The translations under genes were made by a program, and so were the position numbers. Shown in pieces: positions 7,869 through 16,238 of a DNA stretch of 20,382 nucleotides (its first letter is position 1; each line of letters opens with the position of its first letter). The stretch comes from Limisphaerales bacterium (lineage in GTDB: Bacteria; Verrucomicrobiota; Verrucomicrobiia; Limisphaerales; SIBE01): assembly GCA_044225505.1 (NCBI GenBank), contig JBGAIN010000015.1, positions 62,001-82,382 of the forward strand, given 5' to 3'. The notes under the pieces are model-generated. The model saw nothing but the letters and a program-made list of their open reading frames with translations. It had not been told where the DNA came from and searched no databases.

Positions 7869-10239
7869 TCAACAACATCGTTTCACACCGGCGAACCGTC
7901 TCTCCGTCATGCGGAGGTAAGCGGACTCGCGCGCCGTTTTTGTCAGTTCCGCCGCGGTCATTGAGCCATGGGCTTCGTCGACACTGACTCGTCCAGTTTT
8001 GGGGTGGGCGATCTCGCAAGGACACGATGCTGCCGCAGTGTGCAATCGACTCACCTCTGCTTCGCCGGATAGCTCTTTCGCCAATGCCAGACCGAGCGCA
8101 AACAAGCTCAGCAAATGCAGTGGCTTTGCTTCCGCGAGGGCGTAGTCCGGAAGCCAGACAGGCTGGCTTTCATGCAAGGTCGATAACCGCTTCCGCGCCA
8201 GGAGCAAGACCCATTCGCGGACACTGAGAATCACGATGCACACCACAAGAATGAGGAAAACGCCTGCGACCAAGGCATCAAGACGTTGATTGAAATGCTC
8301 GCTCCGATTTTGATGGACCGCTTTGCGGGCTTTCGCCCATCGCCCATCGTCTCCGCTCGCCGCCGCGAGTTCTTGTTCCTGGACCAATGCGGGGAGCGCC
8401 TTGTCCAACGCCGCCGCCTTTGCTAAGAAGCCGATCGCTGGTTTTGGGTGGAAGATCTTTTGCCAGCCAGCCGTCATCGTGACGCTCAAGAGCCAAAGCA
8501 GTGGGATTAGCGTTACCAAAGCGAAGGCCGGTCGTCCAGCGTGGGTCGCACCTTTCTCAGGCAAATGCATTTTGAGAATGACGGTTGTTCCTAAACAAAG
8601 TGCGACCGCGGCCAGTAATTGATTGGCAATGCCGAATAGCGGCCAGAGCGAATTAATTCCGCCTAACGGATCGCGCACGCCTTGGATCAGGAAATAGCCC
8701 CATCCTGCGACCACGCAGGTGCTGGCGACCAGATTCGCGCTCAGTCGTTTGGTATCCCCGAGGGGTGCCCAGACTCGGCCGAGCACATCGTGAAGCAGAT
8801 ACCGGCCCACGCGCGTGCCTGCGTCGAGGGTGGTCAGGATGAAAAGCGCTTCAAACATGATGGCGAAGTGGTACCACAAATCGAGCCAACGTCCGCTGAC
8901 CGCGCGGGCGAAGATCTGAGCCATTCCAACCGCCAGCGTGGCTGCGCCACCTGTCCGCCCAAAGAGGGACTTCTCGCCGATCTGTTCGGCGAGGCCGTTC
9001 ATCTGCTCGACAGTGACAGGGAATCCAGACGCTTGAACTTTGGTGACGGTATCCAGTGCGATGGCGGCAGGCGTGCTGCCGCTCCCTTTGATATTCATGC
9101 TCAGGTAAACGCCCGGTTCGAGCGTACAGGCCGCAATCATAGCCATGATAGCGACCAGCGATTCCAGACACATAGCGCCATAGCCGATCGGTCTCGTGTA
9201 GCTTTCGCGCGTGATGATTTTCGGCGTGATTCCGCTCGCGATCAGGGTGTGGAATCCGGAAATTGCGCCACAAGCGATTGTAATAAAGCAGAAGGGGAAG
9301 AGCCCTCCAGCCACGACCATTCCTGAGCCATCGACGAATTTGCTGAGGGCGGGCATGCGAAGCTCCGGGAGCACGACGAAGACGCCCAATACCAGGGCCA
9401 CGATGGTTCCGAGCTTCATGAAGGTGCTCAGGTAATCCCGAGGCGCTAGCAGCAGCCAGACCGGAAGCACGCTGGCTGCCAATCCATAAACCAGGATCCT
9501 TGCTCAGTTTGGGGTCCGAATGAACGAATTGCCCGCCCCACACTGCCAGCAAGAGCAGGGCGATGCCCAACGCCGATGCCTCGAGCACCTGGCCTGTCCG
9601 CCAGTAACGGAGGTAAACCCCCATGAATAACGCGATCGGAATGGTCGCTCCGACCGTAGACACTCCCCAGGGGCTTTCCGCGAGTGCTTTCACGACGACC
9701 AAAGCGAGGACGGCCAACAAAATGATCATAATGGCCAAGATGGCAGCCGCTCCGATGTATCCCGCGGTCGAGTTCAGCTCTTCACGGACCATTTGGCTCA
9801 AAGACTTGCCATCGCGGCGCATGGAAGCGAAAAGAATCACGAAATCTTGCACCGCCCCTCCCAACACGACGCCAATCAGAATCCAAAGCGTGCCTGGAAG
9901 ATACCCAAACTGTGCGGCTAGGACTGGTCCCACGAGTGGACCCGGTCCTGAAATTGCGGCAAAATGGTGGCCGAAAACGATCCACTTGTTCGTGCGGACA
10001 AAGTCTTTGCCGTCATCGTGCACCTCACAGGGGGTTGCTCGTCGTTCGTTGAGCATAAGGATGCGAGTGGCAATCCATCGGGAGTAAAACCGATAGCCAA
10101 TGGCATAGCTGCATAGAGCCGCCACGAGGATGTAAGCTGAGCTGAGCGTTTCGCCGTGGCGCAAGGCCAGCACAGCATACGCTCCAGCGCCGCAGACCCC
10201 AACAGCGGTCCAGATGAGCGCGCGGATGGCACGTGTCAT
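7869..10239 (-). pseudogene. cstA: Carbon starvation protein CstA (peptide/pyruvate transporter), frameshifted near 9498, with fused YbdD/YjiX-like tail
   Basis: 5' frame: DDGKDFVRTNKWIVFGHHFAAISGPGPLVGPVLAAQFGYLPG, GAVQDF. 3' frame: YGLAASVLPVWLLLAPRDYLSTF, FITIACGAISGFH, FEALFILTTLDAGTRVGR, LWPLFGIANQLLA. The frames switch at ...AGC AAG g ATC CTG. Could be a true pseudogene or an assembly error. Confidence 0.9.
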
Positions 10240-10367
10240 AGCGTCGCGCACTATAGGGAACAACCACGGTGAAACGAGCATTTTCGTTTATTTCACGATT
10301 GCAATTCCTGTTCTCTCTGCTAGTTAAAACAGCCCCGCTCGCTGGGAGTGGGTAATTTTTTGAATTT

Positions 10368-10523
10368 ATGTCGCAACACAGCAGCCTACGTGGCGCAAGT
10401 TCCTTGGGCGCCAAACGAAACGTGCTTAAGCGTTTCGAGCGGGTGGAACTCTTGAAAAAGCGCGGAATGTGGAAGACCGGTGACCGTGTCACTGGCTTAC
10501 GGAAGACCAAGCCGGAAGTTTAA
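10368..10523 (+). CDS. PVC-superphylum signature small basic protein (51 aa)
   Basis: Below ORF-track cutoff. MSQHSSLRGASSLGAKRNVLKRFERVELLKKRGMWKTGDRVTGLRKTKPEV matches the MS.H.SL...KRNVLKR.ER...W....GL.K pattern of the Chlamydiae/Verrucomicrobia/Planctomycetes small basic protein family. Confidence 0.92.
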   Translation: MSQHSSLRGASSLGAKRNVLKRFERVELLKKRGMWKTGDRVTGLRKTKPEV

Positions 10524-10624
10524 GGTAGCCCTGGCTTGCGGGGACGGCTGTCGCCTGGAAAGCCGGTCCCTGTGGCTTGATTATTTTCAGTCATTCCCAG
10601 GTAAATCCAACATCGCAAATCTTC

Positions 10625-11347
10625 ATGTTCGTGCGTCTGCAGAAGCATTTGGCGGACGCGGGTATCGCCTCCCGGCGTGCCAGTGAGGAGATTATTCGTG
10701 CCGGACGTGTGTCGGTGAATGGCCATGTGATCCGGGAGATGGGGACAAAGATCGACCCGGGGCACGATTCCGTCACCGTCGATGGCGCTCAGGTTAAACC
10801 GAAGCGCAAGCTTTACGTGGCGTTGAACAAGCCGGTAGGCTATGTCTCGACCCGAAGCGACCCGCATGGGCGTCGCACGGTCGGTGAGCTCTTGCCGAAA
10901 GAATGGGGCAACCTTTATACCGTCGGTCGATTGGACTACAATACGGAAGGGTTGCTCTTTCTGACCAATGACGGCGACTTTGCGTTGCACCTGACCCATC
11001 CTCGCTACGGTGTGCGCAAGAAGTATCACGTCGTGGTCGAGGGCAAGGTCTTGCCGGAAATCACTGCCAAGATGGTTAAGGGGATTTTCCATGATGGCGA
11101 GCGACTGAAAGCGGAGCGGGCGCGAGTTCTGGAATCGAGCCGATCCACAAGTTTGGTGGAGCTGGAACTTGCCGAAGGCAAGAATCGCGAGGCGCGGCGT
11201 CTGTTTGAAGCGCAAGGCTTCAAAGTCACGGGTTTACGCCGCGTGCAAGTCGGCCGCATCAAATTGGGTGAGTTGCGGAGCGGGCATTGGCGAATATTGA
11301 CAGGATCAGAGATTGAATCTCTACTGGGCAGCGCGGATAAGCGTTGA
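10625..11347 (+). CDS. rluB: RsuA/RluB-family rRNA pseudouridine synthase
   Basis: S4 domain RLQKHLADAGIASRR, LNKPVGY, catalytic GRLDYNTEGLL, EGKNRE.RR. ATG 10625 preferred. Confidence 0.9.
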   Translation: MFVRLQKHLADAGIASRRASEEIIRAGRVSVNGHVIREMGTKIDPGHDSVTVDGAQVKPKRKLYVALNKPVGYVSTRSDPHGRRTVGELLPKEWGNLYTVGRLDYNTEGLLFLTNDGDFALHLTHPRYGVRKKYHVVVEGKVLPEITAKMVKGIFHDGERLKAERARVLESSRSTSLVELELAEGKNREARRLFEAQGFKVTGLRRVQVGRIKLGELRSGHWRILTGSEIESLLGSADKR

Positions 11348-11395
11348 CTTTGCCACCGCTCATCCGAGCAGATCGGCAAAACATTTACTGCATCT

Positions 11396-12472
11396 ATGAA
11401 GGTGAACAGTGCAATAGCCTGGCTGGCTTGTGCCATTTCGTTTTGGCCTACCGGGATTTCTGCTGCTGAGAGTTCCGCCATCGTGAAGGATGGGCGCATC
11501 AATGTGCGTGGCAAGCCCACGCTCGTGGGGGAAGTCGTGACTCAACTGCAGAAAGGTGAAAAGGTCGTGGTCCTGGAAGAGATCACCATCGCCAATCCGA
11601 AGACCAACGAACCGCCCCGGTGGTTTCGCATTCAAATGCCGCCCAACACCCCGGTTTGGGTCTATGCACCTTACATCGACCCGGCGGGCAAGACTGTCAA
11701 AGTCAGCAAGGTGAATCTCCGCGCTGGGCCCGGCGAAAATTTCAGTGTGATTGGCCGATTGGATCGCGGCGCGGCCGTGAGTGAAATCCGTCGAGTCGAG
11801 GACTGGATGGAAATTGAGACTCCTCCAGGCGTTTACGGCTTTGTTGCCGCTGGGCTACTGACGAAACCGGACGGAACGATTCCGCAAGCTCCGACGCTAG
11901 CGGCAAAACCGGTTCCGAAGGTTGTGATGCCGGACACTCCGAAGACGTCGGCGCCTTCCACCGTGCCGTCGGCATCAGCCCCGCAGACACCGCATGCCAC
12001 CGCGATGGTGAGCTCGCCAGCGCCACAGCTCTCTGCCAGTGCGACTCCAAAGGCAGAAGCGCAACCGGCCCATGCTACGGAGACCGTGGTTGTCAAACCT
12101 GAGCCTGCCTTGGCCCTGCCAGCGGCAACTCCGCCAGCGGCAACTCCGCCAGCGCATACGCCGGGACCCTCGATGCCTGCAGCGGATGCTGGGATTACTG
12201 TCATCAAACAACCCGAGGCGTCGCTCCAACGCCGCGTTGTCCGCCGTGAGGGCCTGGTGCGCAGCACGGTCAGCATTCAGGCACCGACGTATTACGAGTT
12301 GCTCAGCCCAGGAAATCGTAAAACGATTAATTACCTTCACGCGGAGAACTTGGAGGTGAACCTCAAGGATTATCGTGGCCGTCGAATCATTGTGACGGGC
12401 GAAGAAGCGATCGATCCGCGTTGGCCCAAGACGCCGCTGATTGAAGTTGAGAGTTTGGAGCTCATTCCCTGA
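11396..12472 (+). CDS. Exported protein with two SH3b domains, Pro/Ala/Thr linker and C-terminal beta domain
   Basis: Signal peptide; INVRGKP...W..I and VNLRAGPG...W.EI...GFV SH3b repeats; low-complexity linker; stop overlaps folD ATG (TGATG). Confidence 0.85.
   Translation: MKVNSAIAWLACAISFWPTGISAAESSAIVKDGRINVRGKPTLVGEVVTQLQKGEKVVVLEEITIANPKTNEPPRWFRIQMPPNTPVWVYAPYIDPAGKTVKVSKVNLRAGPGENFSVIGRLDRGAAVSEIRRVEDWMEIETPPGVYGFVAAGLLTKPDGTIPQAPTLAAKPVPKVVMPDTPKTSAPSTVPSASAPQTPHATAMVSSPAPQLSASATPKAEAQPAHATETVVVKPEPALALPAATPPAATPPAHTPGPSMPAADAGITVIKQPEASLQRRVVRREGLVRSTVSIQAPTYYELLSPGNRKTINYLHAENLEVNLKDYRGRRIIVTGEEAIDPRWPKTPLIEVESLELIP
12118..12154 (+). repeat. 15-bp in-frame tandem repeat (about 2.5 copies) encoding PAATP
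   Basis: GCCAGCGGCAACTCC x2 plus GCCAGCG, perfect copies. Confidence 0.9.
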
Positions 12473-13368
12473 TGGCCTCGGGCGTTCTCATTGACGGTCG
12501 GGCGATTTCCGAACAGATCCACGCGGAAACCCTGCGGCGCATCGATGCGTTGAACGGGAAGGGGGTGCACCCGGGCCTTGCGTTCGTCAGGGTGGGGGAC
12601 GATCCCGCGTCGCAAGTCTACGTGGGGATGAAGGAACGGATGTGTGCCCGTTTGGGCATCCGTTCGGCGACGCACGTCTTGCCTCAGCGAACTCGGGAGG
12701 AGGATTTGCTCAAACTGATTGGTGAACTGAACGCCGATGCGACTGTGCATGGGATTTTGGTGCAGGCGCCTGTGCCTCCGCATATCAACGCACCGACCGT
12801 CTATGCGACGGTGCTTCCGATGAAAGACGTCGATGGCTTTCATCCGGTGAACGTGGGCAAACTGCTGCTGGGAGACCCAGGCGGATTCGTCCCATGCACT
12901 CCGGCTGGGGTTCACGAATTATTGATTCGCTCGGAGGTTGCTATTGCCGGGGCGGAAGTTGTTATTCTGGGGCGAGGCAACATTGTCGGCAAGCCGATGG
13001 CGTCGCTTTTGATGCAAAAGGCAAAGAACGCCAATGCCACCGTTACGATTTGCCACGCGCAAACGCGAACTGTCGAAAACCACTGTCGGCGGGCGGACAT
13101 ATTGATTGCGGCGATGGGAGTTCCGAACTTCGTCAAAGCGGATATGGTGAAGCCGGGGGCGATCGTGGTTGATGTTGGAGTCAACCGGATTCGCGATGCT
13201 CAGGCCAAGAGCGGCTGGCGCTTGGTTGGCGATGTCGAGTTCGACGAGGTCCGGTCAGTGGCGGCCAAAATCACCCCAAATCCCGGTGGCGTCGGGCCGA
13301 TGACGATCGCGATGTTGATGGCGAACACCGTTCGCGCGGCCGAGATGGCCAGCGCTTCCTCATACTGA
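12472..13368 (+). CDS. folD: Bifunctional methylenetetrahydrofolate dehydrogenase/cyclohydrolase
   Basis: VGDDPASQVYV, KDVDGFHP.N.G, PCTPAG, GRGNIVGKP, ITPNPGGVGPMTIAML. Confidence 0.98.
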   Translation: MASGVLIDGRAISEQIHAETLRRIDALNGKGVHPGLAFVRVGDDPASQVYVGMKERMCARLGIRSATHVLPQRTREEDLLKLIGELNADATVHGILVQAPVPPHINAPTVYATVLPMKDVDGFHPVNVGKLLLGDPGGFVPCTPAGVHELLIRSEVAIAGAEVVILGRGNIVGKPMASLLMQKAKNANATVTICHAQTRTVENHCRRADILIAAMGVPNFVKADMVKPGAIVVDVGVNRIRDAQAKSGWRLVGDVEFDEVRSVAAKITPNPGGVGPMTIAMLMANTVRAAEMASASSY

Positions 13369-13408
13369 AAGCCACGAGTGCGCGGAGTTTTCGCCGCGAT
13401 TTAATTTT

Positions 13409-13855
13409 ATGCAACCAACCCGAATTCTACCAGACCTGCAATGTTCGCTTCTATGCGAAGACGTTAAGCAGGAAGCAAACGGCAATTTTATTGTCATTGG
13501 CGTTCTAGGCTTTATCCAGGTTCCCCAAGTCCCTGTGACAGCGTTTAAGCTTTGTGTCTTTAACCGCTGGACCGCTGGGGTCGGTGCGTTTACCGAGAGC
13601 GTTCGACTGCTAGCGCCTGACCAGACAACGGTTTTGCGTCAGAGCCAGGTCAAGTTTGCGGTGAAGGATGCGGCGCATCATGCCACCAACGTGACGGTGT
13701 TCGGTCAAATCAAGTTTGACGTTTCGGGCGTTTACTTTGTGGAGGTGCTCGTGGATGACGTTATGAAACTGCGCTTCCCCTTGCCGCTCGTTCTCGTGCA
13801 ACCTCCTGGTGGGGCGCAGCCGCAAGCCCCAGTTCCGCTGCGTCCGGAAGGATGA
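13409..13855 (+). CDS. Hypothetical beta-sandwich protein (DUF6941-like)
   Basis: LLCEDVKQEANGNFIVIGV...G.YFVEV pattern; operon-like spacing after folD. Confidence 0.7.
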   Translation: MQPTRILPDLQCSLLCEDVKQEANGNFIVIGVLGFIQVPQVPVTAFKLCVFNRWTAGVGAFTESVRLLAPDQTTVLRQSQVKFAVKDAAHHATNVTVFGQIKFDVSGVYFVEVLVDDVMKLRFPLPLVLVQPPGGAQPQAPVPLRPEG

Positions 13856-13865
13856 GAGGTCCGGA

Positions 13866-14714
13866 ATGGACGCTTGGCCACAGCCACTGACCTTTACCGG
13901 CGTGGCAGCTTTCGCCCGCGCTCCACGAGGTCGTCTGTTCCTGTTTCAGTTGTTCGTCTCGATGCTCGCAGCGGCGAGTGTCGTGACGGCGTTTGAGTTG
14001 GCATGGGGGCCGGTCATCCGTCGAGCAATCATCGCCTTGCCCGCAGAGGGGGCGATTCGGAACACGCGGTTGGACTGGCGGTCCGATGTGCCCGTGCGCG
14101 TGGGCGGGAACAGTTTCCTTTGGATCAGCGTCGACCCGACCGACACTTTGGAAGCTGGGGAAGGGGCTGACTTGCAGGTCGAGTTTGGAGCTACAGAGAT
14201 TCGCCTCAGGTCGTTGTTCGGCTTCTTGATGCTTCCCTATCCTCAAGGCTATCGAATTGCGCTCAACCGCACGGAATTGGAGCCTTGGTGGGGGGCTTGG
14301 CACATTTGGTTCGATTTGGCCTTAGGCGTCTCGGTATTTACGGCACTGTTGTTGACTTGGGCGGCGCTAGCGGCGCTCTATGCGTGGCCAGTCCGATTAA
14401 TCGGCTTTTACGCCGATCGAGAATTGACGGTCATGGGCGCGTTCCGCGTTGGTGCCGCTAGTCTGTTGCCCGGCGCCATTTTCTTCACGCTTGCTATTCT
14501 TGCGTATGCCATTGGCCAAGTGAACTTGGTGCAACTGATGGCTGCGGCTGTCCTCCACCTCATGATTGGTTGGGTGTTTGTGCTCTTTTCTCCCTTTTCA
14601 CTAGATCGAACGCGGCTCCCTGGAACCGCGCCTGGCGGGCGCAAGAACCCATTCACCAATGGAACGGAGTCGAAGTCTACCAACCCGTTCGCACGACGAA
14701 CTCCGAAGTCCTAA
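13866..14714 (+). CDS. Hypothetical multi-pass membrane protein
   Basis: One N-terminal and about three C-terminal hydrophobic segments around a soluble loop; ATG 13866 is 10 nt after the previous stop. Confidence 0.75.
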   Translation: MDAWPQPLTFTGVAAFARAPRGRLFLFQLFVSMLAAASVVTAFELAWGPVIRRAIIALPAEGAIRNTRLDWRSDVPVRVGGNSFLWISVDPTDTLEAGEGADLQVEFGATEIRLRSLFGFLMLPYPQGYRIALNRTELEPWWGAWHIWFDLALGVSVFTALLLTWAALAALYAWPVRLIGFYADRELTVMGAFRVGAASLLPGAIFFTLAILAYAIGQVNLVQLMAAAVLHLMIGWVFVLFSPFSLDRTRLPGTAPGGRKNPFTNGTESKSTNPFARRTPKS

Positions 14715-14820
14715 CGCTGCGCCGGTGAGGCCGGTGGCCGAGGGTCAGTGAGGGGCGACTCGACTTGCGAGGAGTTGTTTAAGCGCCTTCGGCTGAATGC
14801 TTTGAATCATCTCCACCAGG

Positions 14821-14844
14821 CGTTGGTGACATTTGTCTCCAACG
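14821..14844. repeat. Imperfect palindrome CGTTGGTGACATTTGTCTCCAACG, copy of the 559-578 element
   Basis: 14823-14842 matches 559-578 at 18 of 20 positions. Confidence 0.85.
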
Positions 14845-14867
14845 TCACCAAAACTCAACCCTCTCGG

Positions 14868-14896
14868 GGGACGGACGCAGTGGCTGCGGCCGTCCC
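14868..14896. terminator. GC-rich hairpin between convergent genes (terminator or REP-like)
   Basis: GGGACGG-A-CGCAG-TGG-CTGCG-G-CCGTCCC; 12 bp with one mismatch; no clear U-tract. Confidence 0.4.
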
Positions 14897-14942
14897 GAAC
14901 GGTTCTAAACGGCTAACGTCGGGACTGTCCAGACGCTAGAGG

Positions 14943-15434
14943 CTACTTGGCGGGCGCTGGCGTTGTCGCTGGCGCTTCGGCGCTGACGCCAGGTGCGGGG
15001 ACCGGAGCAGCATTGGTCGAAGTAAGCGACATTAAGTTGGTTGTGCTTGCTAGTGTGGTGGTTGGCGTGGCAGCACTGGGCGCTGGAGTTTGCGCAACGG
15101 TGTTGGAACTCGGCAATACCGGCGCCGTGCGCGCGGCTGGGTTGCTCGCTTGCCGCGACAGCTCTTGGTCCAAGCGGCGACTCCCTTGCTTGGCGGCGCT
15201 CATATTGAGGACCGACAGGAGGACCGCTAATCCGACGAAAACAGATCCGGAATATTTGGTCATTTTCGTCAGAGCGTTGCCAGAACCTGCCCCGAACAGG
15301 GCATCCGTGGCGGCGCCACCAAAGGCGATACCAGCGCCGGCTTCTTTTTTCGGAAGCTGGATCAAGATCAACAGGATCAAGAACAGACAGTTCATCACCA
15401 GGATGAACGTGAGGAAACCAATCAATAAAGCCAT
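14943..15434 (-). CDS. secG: Preprotein translocase subunit SecG with long Pro/Ala/Thr tail
   Basis: ILLILIQLPK..GAG.AFGG...LFG.G..N.LTK.T, two TM helices, directly after tpiA. Confidence 0.93.
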   Translation of the reverse strand: MALLIGFLTFILVMNCLFLILLILIQLPKKEAGAGIAFGGAATDALFGAGSGNALTKMTKYSGSVFVGLAVLLSVLNMSAAKQGSRRLDQELSRQASNPAARTAPVLPSSNTVAQTPAPSAATPTTTLASTTNLMSLTSTNAAPVPAPGVSAEAPATTPAPAK

Positions 15435-15443
15435 AGCTCGTTG

Positions 15444-16208
15444 TTAAATCGAATTTTTGATTATATCTGAGAAACTCCTGACTTCCAACGCTGCGCCCCC
15501 AACCAAAGCCCCGTCGACATCGGCTTGGCTCATTAACTCTCGGGCGTTCGACGCCTTTACGCTGCCGCCATACTGGATCCGCACGCGCTTGGCGACCGCC
15601 TCGTCAAACAGCGAAACCAGCTTGCCGCGAATGAAGGCGTGCACATCCTGAGCTTGCTGCGAGGTAGCAGTCCGCCCTGTTCCGATCGCCCAAACCGGTT
15701 CATACGCAACAATCGTCTCTTCCATCTGGTCTTTGCTCAGGCCGGCCAGACTTCCTTCCAGCTGCGTTCCAACAACCTTCTCGGTCCGTCCGCCTTCCCG
15801 CTCTTCCAGCGTTTCGCCGACGCAAACGATCGGTTTGATCGACGCGGCGTGCGCGGCCAAAGCTTTACGGGCGATTAAAGCGTCCGATTCTTTCTGGTAC
15901 TGGCGCCTCTCCGAATGGCCGAGGATCACGTATCGCACGGAGAATTCTTTGAGCATCGAGGCGGCCACTTCACCGGTGTAGGCGCCCCCAGTCTGTTCGC
16001 TCATATTCTGGGCTCCCAGCCGGATATTGGAGTCGAGGATTGCTTTGGAGACGGATTCGAGGGCTGTGAACGGGGGGCACACCAGGATATCCACTTCCTT
16101 AACTGAGGCGAGCTCGCGCTTTAAGCCCTGAACGAGGTCAAGGGCTTCCGCCACCGTTTTGTTCATCTTCCAATTACCGGCAATGACGAGTTTGCGTTGT
16201 TTCTGCAT
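15444..16208 (-). CDS. tpiA: Triosephosphate isomerase
   Basis: IAGNWKMN, GHSERR, AYEPVWAIGTG, YGGSVK, DGALVGGA. Confidence 0.99.
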   Translation of the reverse strand: MQKQRKLVIAGNWKMNKTVAEALDLVQGLKRELASVKEVDILVCPPFTALESVSKAILDSNIRLGAQNMSEQTGGAYTGEVAASMLKEFSVRYVILGHSERRQYQKESDALIARKALAAHAASIKPIVCVGETLEEREGGRTEKVVGTQLEGSLAGLSKDQMEETIVAYEPVWAIGTGRTATSQQAQDVHAFIRGKLVSLFDEAVAKRVRIQYGGSVKASNARELMSQADVDGALVGGAALEVRSFSDIIKNSI

Positions 16209-16238
16209 GGTCGCTAATGAAGTTCTTGAGATCTGCGG

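Noticed and set aside
7860..7877. Selenocysteine readthrough at the CstA TGA
   Set aside because: Both terminal Cys are TGT codons, readthrough would add only three residues, and no SECIS-like hairpin was evident.
8851..9497. C-terminal half of the 476-aa track ORF
   Set aside because: Out-of-frame tail after the cstA frameshift.
10269..10296. GTGAAA-N16-TTTCAC inverted repeat upstream of cstA as a CRP site
   Set aside because: Spacing does not fit TGTGA-N6-TCACA; too short to support another call.
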